Part shown: positions 11,668 to 25,429 of the stretch, piece after piece | Position numbering within the stretch: position 1 is the stretch's first letter | Layout of the letters: each line of letters opens with the position of its first letter | Source of the DNA: Paraspadella gotoi | Taxonomy: Eukaryota; Animalia; Chaetognatha | NCBI GenBank assembly: GCA_051294375.1 | Contig: CM119267.1 | Span: 23,584,257-23,648,256, forward strand | Length of the DNA stretch: 64,000 bases | Direction of reading: 5' to 3' | The notes under the pieces: model-generated | Database searches by the model: none | What the model was told of the DNA's origin: nothing | The model's input: the letters and a program-made list of their open reading frames with translations, nothing else | Made by a program: the position numbers and the translations under genes

Positions 11668-14600
11668 GAGAGAGAGAGGAGAGAGAGAGAGAAGGGGAGA
11701 GGAGAGGAGAAGGAGAGAGAGAGAGAAGGGAGAGAGAAGAGAGAGAGAGAAAAAAAAGTAGGGGGATTATAAAGAGACGAATAATATAGCAAGATCGCTT
11801 GTTTATTAAATGAATGAATAATTTTAATATTGATTGTACTAATTTCGTGGGAAGTACACGAAGAATATCTTTCAATAAATTTAATAATTAGTAGAAAAAT
11901 AAGTATTGAGCTGGAAATCAAAGAAGACGGTGAAATGGATTTCGCTTCACTGAATGTGATATCGTGAAAGAAGAAGAAGTGAATGAAAATGTGAGTTCGA
12001 GTCTGAGAAGGGAATCTCGATCTCCTATCAATCCTTCAATTCACTTTTCAATTCTTAAATCCACTTTTCAATCCTTCACTTCACTTTTCAATCCTTCAAT
12101 TCACTTTTTACTCTTTATTCCCCCAAGAGAAACGAAATTGAAGGAGGAGAAAATTCCTCTTTGGTCCNNNNNNNNNNCGTCGTCGTCGTCGTCGTCGTCG
12201 TCGTCGTTCATATCGTCGTCGTCGTAAACATCGTTGTCATTGTGGTCGTTTTGGTCGCCGTTGTTCTTATTGTCTTGTTTGTAAATGTATTTGTCGTCGT
12301 CGCGGTTTTTGTGGCTCTATTGTTGTCGTTGTCATTATAGCTATCGTCATGTTATCGTGTTCGTCATCGTTGTGACCTTTTTGGTCGTCATTAGAATCGT
12401 CATGGTCGTCATCATCGACATTTGTCGTGCTCGTCGGCTTTTGTGACGTCGTCGTCGTCGTCGTCGTCATATTCATATTTTTAATATGCGCTAACAACAA
12501 CAACAGACAACAACAACAACAATCAACATCATTACAACAAAAATGACAACAAAAATGACCAAAAAAAAATGACCAAGAAAACGATTTTCTCTCAATTTTC
12601 CAATAAAGTTTTCCGCTCGATTACAGATGATGGATGACAGACAGCGTTGATTACAGATGACGAATTCCAGATGACGGATGTTCGGTTGGAAACGATTAAA
12701 TCATTTGGAGAAAAGTTAAGAAATAAAATTATAAAATCGAAACATAAATTAAATAATCATAACCTTAAAACCTTAAAAAAACCAAATCCGTCATAAAATA
12801 CATAAAATACAAATTTACTTCTGTTCGGGATCACGAAGAATGATATCTTATTATATTATAATTTATTACTATTTTTATATAATTATAACTTATTTATAGA
12901 AAACTAAGGCAGAAAGTAATTTTTAACCTTGTATTGTCGAGATGCTCTCTATATTTCCGGAAAACAACTTTCCAATACCCCTTCCCGTTACATCATAAAA
13001 TATAAAATAAATAATAATTAAATCTATTACATATTGAAATATATTAAACTTTTTTATTCGTTTTAAAATCTAGTCTTGTTTAGTTTAATTTAGTAAAACA
13101 AGTAAAATCTCGCAATTATTCATAGTTTATTATCTATCTTTAGGCCTGAAACGATTTATCATCCAATTTTAAGATGCATTCTCCTTTAATGCAAGACACA
13201 AAAACTAACAACAACAACAACAATATAACTACAAGAACAACAACAACAAGAAGCAAGAGTTCAAAATGTCGCGATGCTTATCTCATTTCTCTCCTGAAAA
13301 AAAAGGGAAGATGAGGAGGAAGAGGAGGAGGAGGAAGAGGAAGAGGAGGAGGGATATTAGGAAACGAAGGATATGACATGGGAAGTGGTAGAGATGGCAG
13401 CGAAAGTGGGGGGGAGGTGGTAATAGTGCTGAGGGAGGCGATGGTGGCGGGGAAGCGGCGGCTGCGGCTGCGNNNNNNNNNNNNNNNNNNNNNNNNNNNN
13501 NNNNNNNNNNNNNNNNNNNNNNNNNNNNNNNNNNNNNNNNNNNNNNNNNNNNNNNNNNNNNNNNNNNNNNNNNNNNNNNNNNNNNNNNNNNNNNNNNNNN
13601 NNNNNNNNNNNNNNNNNNNNNNNNNNNNNNNNNNNNNNNNNNNNNNNNNNNNNNNNNNNNNNNNNNNNNNNNNNNNNNNNNNNNNNNNNNNNNNNNNNNN
13701 NNNNNNNNNNNNNNNNNNNNNNNNNNNNNNNNNNNNNNNNNNNNNNNNNNNNNNNNNNNNNNNNNNNNNNNNNNNNNNNNNNNNNNNNNNNNNNNNNNNN
13801 NNNNNNNNNNNNNNNNNNNNNNNNNNNNNNNNNNNNNNNNNNNNNNNNNNNNNNNNNNNNNNNNNNNNNNNNNNNNNNNNNNNNNNNNNNNNNNNNNNNN
13901 NNNNNNNNNNNNNNNNNNNNNNNNNNNNNNNNNNNNNNNNNNNNNNNNNNNNNNNNNNNNNNNNNNNNNNNNNNNNNNNNNNNNNNNNNNNNNNNNNNNN
14001 NNNNNNNNNNNNNNNNNNNNNNNNNNNNNNNNNNNNNNNNNNNNNNNNNNNNGATGATGATGATAATGATGCTGATGAGGATGATGATGATGATAATGAT
14101 CACGACGACGTCAACGATAATGACGATTCGGATGACGATAACGATGACGGCGTCAGTTATTGGTCGGCGCCCAAACTTAAATCAGGCCAGCGCGGAGCGT
14201 TTCTCTCAATCAGGATGTGACAAAATGGTCGAAAANNNNNNNNNNNNNNNNNNNNNNNNNNNNNNNNNNNNNNNNNNNNNNNNNNNNNNNNNNNNNNNNN
14301 NNNNNNNNNNNNNNNNNNNNNNNNNNNNNNNNNNNNNNNNNNNNNNNNNNNNNNNNNNNNNNNNNNNNNNNNNNNNNNNNNNNNNNNNNNNNNNNNNNNN
14401 NNNNNNNNNNNNNNNNNNNNTTTTTCCTCGGAAATATTAATATTTTATTTAATTTTTTTTGACGGATTAAAATTCTTTTTTTTTATTTCTGTCGAATTCG
14501 TGAAATTAAAAGCGGAAAAAAAATATTGAATTTCAAATTTATTCGTTACCAAAGAGAAAAAAAAAATTTTTAAAAAGATTTTTTGGACAAAATTCGCTTT

Positions 14601-15789
14601 GAAATTCTGTCATTAATCCTGAAGGCAGGGAGAGAAATGGGCAGCGAGGGGGAGAGAGAGAGAGAGNNNNNNNNNNNNNNNNNNNNNNNNNNNNNNNNNN
14701 NNNNNNNNNNNNNNNNNNNNNNNNNNNNNNNNNNNNNNNNNNNNNNNNNNNNNNNNNNNNNNNNNNNNNNNNNNNNNNNNNNNNNNNNNNNNNNNNNNNN
14801 NNNNNNNNNNNNNNNNNNNNNNNNNNNNNNNNNNNNNNNNNNNNNNNNNNNNNNNNNNNNNNNNNNNNNNNNNNNNNNNNNNNNNNNNNNNNNNNNNNNN
14901 NNNNNNNNNNNNNNNNNNNNNNCCCAAAAAAAGGGCTTCAAGCAATTTTCCTCTGAAATGGAGGTTAAGGAGAAATCGTAGAGTTGGAATAAAGGTTATT
15001 TACGGTACATTGAGGGAAAAAATACAAAAAGGGGAGAAAAAAGCTGAGAAACGTAAAAAAATGGGAAAAATGAAATGGAAAAAAAAATAGAAAAAAAATG
15101 AAAGAAAGAAGAATTAAAAAAAAATGGACAGACGGATTGACAATTGGATAGACGTATGGAACGATCATTGTGTACCTTTGCTGAAAGCGATTGTCAAAAA
15201 TATTTAAAATAAATCAAAGATAAAAAAGTAAAAAAATTATCGGAAATAAATGAGAAAGAATGATTGAAAAAAATATTGGAGACAAAAGAACAAAAAGAAA
15301 TAAAAGGGAGACATTTGGAAAAAAGTAATTAATTACGGAGCGAAAGGAGAAAAGAAAAAGAAATTCAAAAGAGAGAGAAAAGAAAGAAAAAAATTAAAGA
15401 GAAAAATATGATCGGTCNNNNNNNNNNNNNNNNNNNNNNNNNNNNNNNNNNNNNNNNNNNNNNNNNNNNNNNNNNNNNNNNNNNNNNNNNNNNNNNNNNN
15501 NNNNNNNNNNNNNNNNNNNNNNNNNNNNNNNNNNNNNNNNNNNNNNNNNNNNNNNNNNNNNNNNNNNNNNNNNNNNNNNNNNNNNNNNNNNNNNNNNNNN
15601 NNNNNNNNNNNNNNNNNNNNNNNNNNNNNNNNNNNNNNNNNNNNNNNNNNNNNNNNNNNNNNAAAATTACATCTTTTATTCCTTATAGTTTTAGGACTTC
15701 CTATATAGCAGTCACTTAGATTTTAGATTTTTTTTAGTCTTAACAAATGCACAACCAATTATAGGCGAATTTTAAGCATATTTAAATTA

Positions 15790-15890
15790 AGTGGGACAGA
15801 CCGATGGAGAGACATACTGATCGAACGATAGACCGACCGTAAAGTGACTTACAGAGTTGCTCCGCGAGTACTCGCGGCGCTACTAAAAAA
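15790..15890. mobile_element. Possible end of a non-autonomous Helentron/DINE-like repeat
   Basis: Degenerate GACC/GACA tetramers, then perfect 16-bp palindrome ccgcgagtactcgcgg (15862-15877), then ctaaaaaa. Confidence 0.3.
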
Positions 15891-17596
15891 ACGAGAATAA
15901 AAAGTTTTTGGTCGTTTGGGTTTTGAGACAAAAAAAGATGTAATGGTAGGTAGATGGGAAGGTAGATTAGGGAGGGTGGATTAGGAAGGGTGGAGTAATT
16001 AATTTTTTAATTAGGAATAATTATAGTAAATTTGTAAAAATATTTTATAACTAAATAGTATCATTACGTGCGGGTTGTAATAATCATCCAGTTCACGATT
16101 ATTTCCGAGTAAAATAACAATTTTTTAAGCGTCAATGTTGATGAGCCGCAAGGAGCCAATAACCTGCGTCGGCGCTCTCTCTCTCTCTCACTCTCTCTCT
16201 CTCTCTCTNNNNNNNNNNNNNNNNNNNNNNNNNNNNNNNNNNNNNNNNNNNNNNNNNNNNNNNNNNNNNNNNNNNNNNNNNNNNNNNNNNNNNNNNNNNN
16301 NNNNNNNNNNNNNNNNNNNNNNNNNNNNNNNNNNNNNNNNNNNNNNNNNNNNNNNNNNNNNNNNNNNNNNTAATTCATTTTATTCAGCCATCGTTCATTG
16401 TCCCCCGTTCATTCGCCTACAAATTCGCTTTGATTCGCGTCGAAGGTGAAAGACGACGACGATGAAAAGAAAAGAAAAGGAGAAAAAAAGAAAAAGAAAA
16501 AAAAGGGAAAAGAAAAGGAAAAGAAAAAGAAAAGAAAAGGAAAAGAAAAGGATAAAGAAAAGGAAAATAAAAGAAAAGAAGGAAAATATAAAGAAAAAGA
16601 AAAAAAAGAAGAGAAAAAGAAAGAGAAAAAAATGAAAAGGAGGAAAAAGGAGAAAAAAGGAGAAAAAAAGGAAAAGAAAAGGAAAAGAAAATGATAAAAA
16701 AGAAAAAGAAAAGGAAAATAAAAGGAAAAAAAATGAAAAGAAAAGAAGGAGAAAAAGAAAAAAAGAAAAGAAAAGGAAAAGAAAAGGAGAAAAAAAGAAA
16801 AGAAAAGGAAGAGAGAAGGAAAAGAATAGGAGAAAAAAGGCGTAAAAAGGATCATTAAAAAATTTAAGGGAATGAAAGTTGAATTCAGCCAAACAGAAAT
16901 AAAAATTGTTAGAATCGAAAAGAAAAAGTTAATGAAAAATTACCTACTGAAAGTCAAAGGGCAAAATAACTTATGAAATTGGTACAACCAATATAAAAAT
17001 TATTTACGAATTGAAATAAAATTTGTTGTATAAATCTGATAAAGTGAAAGAGAAAGAAGGAAAGAGATAAAAAAGAAAGAAGAAAACAGAGAATGAAAAA
17101 ATCTAATAAAGAAAGAAAGAAGCCAGGAAAAGAAAGTTAAATGAAAGAATAAAGAAAGAAAGAAAAAAATAAAGAAATAAAGAAAGNNNNNNNNNNAGAA
17201 AGACCGCAACTCGATTGAAAATCTTCTTTCTCTTCTTCGTCGTCGTCGTTCGACGGAATTTTGGACTCAAACGGATTATCGTCATCTGACAGTTCATCGG
17301 CATTCGAACTCTCTCTCTCTCTCNNNNNNNNNNNNNNNNNNNNNNNNNNNNNNNNNNNNNNNNNNNNNNNNNNNNNNNNNNNNNNNNNNNNNNNNNNNNN
17401 NNNNNNNNNNNNNNNNNNNNNNNNNNNNNNNNNNNNNNNNNNNNNNNNNNNNNNNNNNNNNNNNNNNNNNNNNNNNNNNNNNNNNNNNNNNNNNNNNNNN
17501 NNNNNNNNNNNNNNNNNNNNNNNNNNNNNNNNNNNNNNNNNNNNNNNNNNNNGTAAACAACATTTTTTTTTTCGTTTTTCTTCTGCGGACCTAATG

Positions 17597-20045
17597 TTTT
17601 TGTTGTTGTCGTTGTTGTTTTTATTATTATTGTTGTTTATTTTTTTCTGCTACCAACAAAATTAATTTCAGTTTAATAAATAATCTATTACAGAATCGTT
17701 GTAAAATTATTTTTAATGAGTGGAAACGATATCATTAGAAAGTTAATAATAAAGTTAATATTAAAGCGAATATGTCAAGATTTTTTCTTCTAACACACAC
17801 ATACACATTGAAAGCTTGGAGGGACCTGCTATGTCATTATCTTGTAAGAGTGATGGAAGCCTTAAACCACCAAAGCCTGTCCAAAGTCAGGGACAAGATA
17901 GCTTATTTATTAAATAAATGGATAATTTTTATATTGGTTGTATCAATTTCATACAATGATTATAATTTTATTTAAAAAAAATATTATAATTTAATTTTTC
18001 CTTTTTCCCTTTTTGTCGTCGTCATTGTCGTCGTCATCGTCGTCGTCGTCATTTAAAAGCAAACGAGCAGTGCTCTTCACTTTTTTCCTTCCCTTCATTT
18101 TCATNNNNNNNNNNTAACTTTTAAAATAGAGTTAATTTTATTAATTTAAAATAAAGTTTATTCCTGTTGAACAGTTATGTTACTGGTTATTCAAGCTAGA
18201 CGATGATAAGTATTGACATAGATATTGTATTTACAATTTTTTTAATTACCTTTCNNNNNNNNNNNNNNNNNNNNNNNNNNNNNNNNNNNNNNNNNNNNNN
18301 NNNNNNNNNNNNNNNNNNNNNNNNNNNNNNNNNNNNNNNNNNNNNNNNNNNNNNNNNNNNNNNNNNNNNNNNNNNNNNNNNNNNNNNNNNNNNNNNNNNN
18401 NNNNNNNNNNNNNNNNNNNNNNNNNNNNNNNNNNNNNNNNNNNNNNNNNNNNNNNNNNNNNNNNNNNNNNNNNNNNNNNNNNNNNNNNNNNNNNNNNNNN
18501 NNNNNNNNNNNNNTTTTCAACATTTTTTACATTTCAATACTCTTAACATGTTTCACATTTATTATATTTAAAACAAATTTTCCATTTTCTTCATCCTAAT
18601 TGTGAGATGNNNNNNNNNNNNNNNNNNNNNNNNNNNNNNNNNNNNNNNNNNNNNNNNNNNNNNNNNNNNNNNNNNNNNNNNNNNNNNNNNNNNNNNNNNN
18701 NNNNNNNNNNNNNNNNNNNNNNNNNNNNNNNNNNNNNNNNNNNNNNNNNNNNNNNNNNNNNNNNNNNNNNNNNNNNNNNNNNNNNNNNNNNNNNNNNNNN
18801 NNNNNNNNNNNNNNNNNNNNNNNNNNNNNNNNNNNNNNNNNNNNNNNNNNNNNNNNNNNNNNNNNNNNNNNNNNNNNNNNNNNNNNNNNNNNNNNNNNNN
18901 NNNNNNNNNNNNNNNNNNNNNNNNNNNNNNNNNNNNNNNNNNNNNNNNNNNNNNNNNNNNNNNNNNNNNNNNNNNNNNNATTTAGGTTTATATTTCCTTT
19001 TCTTTTTCTATTTCTTTCCCTTCCTTTTTTTCATTTCTTTTCCTTCCTTTTTTTTCCATTTCTTTTCCTTCTTTTTATTTTTCCATTTCTTTTCCTTNNN
19101 NNNNNNNNNNNNNNNNNNNNNNAGAGGCAGAGAGACGAGAGAGAAGACAAATACATCGGAGGTTCGACCGGAGGTTAGAGATCTGGTTTTCGCCTCTCAC
19201 CCAAAATTACAAATTGGTTTCTGTCAAAGCCGAAAAAAACTTCGTAGACGTAAAACGAACAAAGGTTTTTATTCGTTTTTCGTTCTGTGCGTAGAAAATT
19301 GATGATGGATCCCTTTCAATGTTCGTTGTTGTTGCTCGTTGTATGTTACTTATCATTGTTATTTATTTTTTTTCTTGCTACCAACCCAAATTCATTTCAG
19401 TTCTAATAACATAAATCCATTACAGCGAATCTTTGAAAATGTATTTTTAATTGAGAGTGAGAAACGAATATCAAATCAGAAAAGTTAGATATTAAAGCCC
19501 GAAGGTAATGTCAAGAGTTTTTCATTCTAACACTACACATACACGTTGAAAGCTTCGGCAGGGAGCCATGCACTGTACATTATCTCAGCTAAGAGTGACA
19601 TGGAGTGGCCTTAAACCACCAAAGCCTGTCCAAAGTCAAGACAAGATAGCTCTATTTATTAAATAAATGGATAATTTTAATATTGCGTTGGTATTCAATT
19701 TCAGTACAATCTTCATTAAAAAAAATGCAAAATAATTTAATTTCATTTTTCCCCTTTTTGTCGTCCGTCATCGGTGCGTCGCTCGATCATTTAAAAACAA
19801 ACACGAGCCAGTAGCTCTTCACTTTTATTCTTTCCCGTTGCATTCATTCCGGGTGCACTGCGAAGTAACTTACTTCAAACTTACCTTCTATTTTCGTCGC
19901 GTCTCTCATCTATTCTTCCCTTTCTTCTTATTATTCGCCCATTAGAATCTAAGGTGGGATTCTTTCTTTCCTTTAAGGTCGTCCGTCTCTCTCTTCCTCT
20001 CTCTCTCTCTCTCTCTCCTCCTCTCTCTCTCCTCTCTCTCTCTCT

Positions 20046-20082
<37 letters not shown>

Positions 20083-21100
20083 GTCTCATCTCTCTCTAGC
20101 TCTCTCATCTCTCTCATCCTCTCTCTCTCTTCTCTACTCTTCATGGGCCCAAAAAGAATGAGACAACAAGGAGGGGATCGAAAATTTGGTTATTCGTCTC
20201 CACGGGAACAGCGACGACCAAAATATATCGAATGAAAATCCCGACTCTCTCTCTCTCTCTCATCTCAACGTCTCTCTCTTCTCTCTCTCTACTCAATATG
20301 TTTGTCCTATCCTCATGCCAATCACTCATCCCAACTGTTTGAACAGTTTTCCTCTTTTCATTCGACTTCACGAAGAAAACCTGGCAAGAACCAACGCAAA
20401 TAAATCAAAAAAATTCCAAAGTTATCTCTATGATCGCTTGCGTCGCCTGATTTTTTCTAAGATTTAACTTTAAAAATAGATTTGATTTTATTAACTATTA
20501 AAAAATAAACAAGATTTAATTCCCTGACTTGAACAATTATGTTACTGGTCTATTCAAGCTAGACGCAATGAGTAAGTTATAGACATAGAGTTATTGTAAT
20601 TATTCAATTTTTTTAATAAACCTTAGTCCTCACCCATAAAAACAGTGCTCCTAACAGCTGCTTCAAACACTATTATTAGCACATTTTCCAACATTTTTTA
20701 CATTTCAATACTCTTAACATGTTTAACATTTTGTTATATTTTTAACAAAATTTTCCATTTTCTTCATGCCTAATGTTAGTTTGATCTCCTTACTCTTTTT
20801 CAGTTTGTTACATTAATGACTCTGAAGAACTACAACATAAATGACGAAGGCTTCTCTCATTTTCTAAACAGGATATAAATACGCAAAATATTTTCTTTCT
20901 TGCCCCAATCATCTTAGAACGTCAAAACTCAAGATAAATCTCTAGCTGGCATTTATCTGTTTACTTTTCTTTCTATAAGTTTGAAAGAATCTTCAAATTT
21001 AGGTTAGTATATTTCCTTTTCTTTTTCTATACTTATCCTTTCCTTTTTATTTCCTATTTCTTTTCCTTTCTTTGTTATTTTGATCCATTTTCTTTTCCTT
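17597..21100. repeat. Direct duplication (~17597-19097 vs ~19320-21100) across a 25-N gap
   Basis: Shared unique text such as ccttaaaccaccaaagcctgtccaaagtca and ttcaatactcttaacatgttt; copy 2 contains sequence where copy 1 has N runs. Confidence 0.9.
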
Positions 21101-21488
21101 CCTCTATTTCAATTTCTTTCCCCCTCCTTTTCTTTTTCCATTTCTTTCCTTTCCTTTTCTTTTTTCATTTTTTTCCTTTCCTTTTCTTTTTCCATTTCTT
21201 TTCCTTCCTTTTCCTTTTTCATTTCTTTTCCTTCCTTTTTTCCATTTCTTTTCCTTCCTTTTTTTTTCCATTTCTTTTCTTTCCTTTTCTTTTTCCCTTA
21301 AATTGCTCACCTTGTCTCTGCCCCCTTTTTTGCTTTTCTTTTCTTTCTTTTTTTGCTCTTTTTTTCCTTTTTTAAAAATCGAGTAGAGAAGCAAAATTGT
21401 TGTCATCGTCGTCGTCGTCGTCTTCGTCGCCGTCCACGGAAATGGACTCCTAAGCCAACGGCATTAGAAGTTATTGGCATTGACATCG

Positions 21489-21522
<34 letters not shown>

Positions 21523-21851
21523 TCACCTAAAAAAAGAAGGAGCAAATTCACGGGATTATTTCTGTCATAAGCGTCTGAGACGTTATCACAGAAAAACTGA
21601 CATCGTGGTTTTCATAGTTGTGAATTTATTTCTCTCTCGTAGGATGTAATTTAGTAAAAAAAAGCAATATTAAATCTTTAATAATTTCCACCACAAGCTT
21701 ACCATTAGCTTACCATTATTGTTAATAAAATAGGCACGACTGAGGTTCGAACTCTGGACGTATCGTTTTGGTCGTTGTTGTTGTTGTAGGCGTCGATTTG
21801 GTGAAGACGAAGTGAAAATTGGAAGAAGGGAAAAGTTGTTGTTGTTATTGT

Positions 21852-22166
21852 TGTATAATAGATGGGAAAGGGGAAATGAAAGGAAAGGAAAAGAAAAGAA
21901 AAGAAAAGAAAAGAAAAGAAAAGAAAAGAAAAGAAAAGAAAAGAAAAGAAAAGAAAAGAAAAGAAAAGAAAAGAAAAAAAATTAAAAGAAAAGAAAAGAA
22001 AAGAATAAAATAGAAAAAAAAGAAGAGTTAAAAAAAGAGAGAAAAGCGAATTCCTATTGAGAATTAAGAGTTTGGGTCTGAGTAGGAAAAAGACGAGGAG
22101 AGGAAGGGAAAGAAAGAAGAAGCATTGGAAGACCAATAAAGAAGGAAAGATATTGGGACCTTTTAA

Positions 22167-22254
<88 letters not shown>

Positions 22255-23690
22255 ACAGATGGTGGGACTTTTTAAATGAAAAGCGCAAAACCTCAGTAAC
22301 CGAAGAGGAGGGAAAGAAGGAATGAAAAAAAAAGAAGGAAAAAGTAAAAAAAATCTGATTTGAGATTCAAATCGTTTCTCGATCTTGGTCGTCGTCGTCG
22401 TCGTCGTCGTCGNNNNNNNNNNNNNNNNNNNNNNNNNNNNNNNNNNNNNNNNNNNNNNNNNNNNNNNNNNNNNNNNNNNNNNNNNNNNNNNNNNNNNNNN
22501 NNNNNNNNNNNNNNNNNNNNNNNNNNNNNNNNNNNNNNNNNNNNNNNNNNNNNNNNNNNNNNNNNNNNNNNNNNNNNNNNNNNNNNNNNNNNNNNNNNNN
22601 NNNTCTCTCTCTCTCTCTCTCTCTCTCTTCAAATTCGTATGTTGGTCGACGTTTAAAATCGTCAAGAAAATCTTTTTCGACGTTTCCGTGTGAATTTCTC
22701 TTCAGGTTCTACGATGCGACCGAAGTTCCTTCATTTTTCATGAAAGGGAGTTTTTAAATTCGCATTTTTTTATATAAATCTTAATTATTATCATACTTAT
22801 AATTTTAATTATTATCTTACTTATAATCTTAATTATAATCCTAATCATAATCTTAATTATACCGAAAGGGATTATTTTTAATGCGACATAATATAGATAC
22901 TATATAGATACGAAGTTAGATACTATTGAATACTCTTATGTTTCCGGTCTAATCTCATTCTATGACTGACTTGCTTTATTATTTTTTCCAAGTTGATGTA
23001 AAAAAAACAATTGTAGTATTCAATATACAGTCCACATCAATTTACTTTTTATATTAATTATTCATACTCGTTTAATAAATTTTTTTCTAGTACTTTTCCC
23101 CCCTTTCTTTACTTTTTTCACTTTCTTTCTTTTTTCCTTATCTTTACTTCCTCCCTATCTTAAATTTTTTAAAATTTTTTTCTAAATAAACAAATATTTT
23201 CGACGGAAAATCGGGATTTTATCATTTTTTATTCCAGAATTTTGAAAATAACGGAAAACTCCGCCGGACACCCGATATATTAGCCATAAATTTTAAGATA
23301 TTGTTTTTTCNNNNNNNNNNNNNNNNNNNNNNNNNTGTTATAATAGATGGGAAAGCGGGAATGAAAGGAAAGGAAAGTAAAAGAAAAGAAAAGAAAAGAA
23401 AAGAAAAGGAAAAGGAAAGAAAAGAAAGAAAAGAAAAAGAAAAGAAAAGAAGAAAAGAAAAGAAAAAAATTAAAAGAAAAGAAAAGAAAAGAATAAAATA
23501 GAAAAAAAAGAAGAGTTAAAAAAGCAGAGAAAAGCGAATTCCTATTGAGAATAAGAAGTTTGGGGTCTGAGTAGGAAAAAGACGAGGAGAGGAAGGGGAA
23601 AGAAGAAGCAGAAGCATTGGAAGACCAATAAGAAGGAAAGATATTTGGGACGTTTTAAACCTGACGAGAGAGAGAGAGAGAGGAGAGAGA

Positions 23691-23732
<42 letters not shown>

Positions 23733-24044
23733 CAGAGAAAGAGAGAGAGAGAGAGAGAGAAGAGAGAGACTGACAGATGGTGGGACTTTTTAAATGAAAA
23801 GCGCAAAACCTCAGTAACCGAAGAGGCGGGAAGAAGGAATGAAAAAAAAAAGAAGGAAAAAAGTAAAAAAATCTGATTTTGAATTCAAATCGTTTCTCGT
23901 CTTGGCGTCGTCGTCGTTCGTCTCGTCGTCGTTTTTCTTTCGTCCTACATCGTCGTTCTTCCTGATCCTTTTTTTAGCCATACGTGCCATTTCTCTGCCT
24001 GCTCTCTCTCTCTTCGTCTCTCTCTCTCACTCTCTCTTCTCTCT

Positions 24045-24109
<65 letters not shown>

Positions 24110-24800
24110 AAATTCGTATGTTGGTCGACGTTTAAAAATCGTCAGAAAATCGTTTCACGTTTTCCGTGTGAATTTCTCTTCAAGTTCTTTACATAGCGAC
24201 CGAAAGTCCTTCATTTTTCATGAAAGGGAGTTTTTTAAATTCGCATTTTTTTATATTAAATCTTAATTATTTTCTACTTATAATTTAATTATTATCTTAC
24301 TTATAATCTTAATTATTAATCCTTGATCATAATTCTTAATATACCGAAGGGATTATTTTTAATGCGACATTAATCATGATACTATATAGATACGAAGTTA
24401 GATACTATTGAATATCTTATGTTTCCGGTGTTCTAATCTCATTCTATGGACTGACTTGCTTTATTATTTTTTTCCAAGTTGATGTAAAAAAAACAATTGT
24501 AGTATTCAATATACAAGTTCCACACAATACTTTTTATTAGATTATATCATTAACTCTTTACATAAATTTTTTCTAGTTTACTTTACCCGGCTTTCTTTTT
24601 ACTTTTTTCATTTCTTGTCCTTTTTTCCTTATCTTACTTTCCTCCCTATCTTAAATTTTTAAAATTTTTTTCTAATAAACAAATATTTTCGACGGAAAAT
24701 CGGGATTTTATCATTTTTATTCCAGAATTTTTGAAAATAACGGAAAAACTCCGCCGGACAAGCCCGATATATATTAGCCATAAAGTTAAATATATGTTTT
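21852..24800. repeat. Direct duplication (~21852-23310 vs 23336-~24800) across a 25-N gap
   Basis: Colinear text such as actgacagatggtgggactttttaaatgaaaagcgc and cttcaaattcgtatgttggtcgacg in both copies. Confidence 0.92.
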
Positions 24801-24844
24801 CTTTCTCTCTCTCTCTCTCTCTCTCTTCTCGTCTCTCTCTCTCT

Positions 24845-24876
<32 letters not shown>

Positions 24877-25351
24877 ATCTCTCTCTCTTCTTCTCTCCTC
24901 TCTCTCTCTCTCTTTCTCTCTCTCACACACACAAACATTTCCATTTCATTTCACGGATTCCTATCTCCCGAACGATATTGCTTTCGTCAAATATTTAAAT
25001 GCGATTCACTTTTATTCGATTGTTTAATTAATTTATTGTTTACATTAAGTTTAAGGTTTTCTCATCTCTCCGTCTGTTTCGATTATCGCTTTCGGAAAAA
25101 AAAACTTTGTGAAATTTACATTAAACTTTACATTTAACTTTACGGTTAAATATCACAAAATCAATAAAAACATTGAATAGTCTCAACAACAGAAAAATAA
25201 TCCGGAGAAGAAAGATGCAGAAAACTTAATCAAGTTTTAACTAGAGTCGGATTGAAAGACAAAAAATTTAACAAAAACAGCAACAAAAGACTCTAAAAAA
25301 ACAACTGCATAAAAAGATAAAAAAAAGAGGAAAAAAGTCAAAAATTCAAAA

Positions 25352-25429
25352 ATGAACAACATTTGGCCGATGAGTACAATGAAGTCGCCGCTCGTCGCTC
25401 AGAAAGTGAAAAAGTCACGATCTCTCTCG
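25352..25429 (+). CDS. Candidate first coding exon of an unidentified gene
   Basis: aaaaATG AAC..., MNNIWPMSTMKSPLVAQKVKKSRSLS, ending at a strong donor TCG|GTGAGT; downstream exons not established. Confidence 0.3.
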
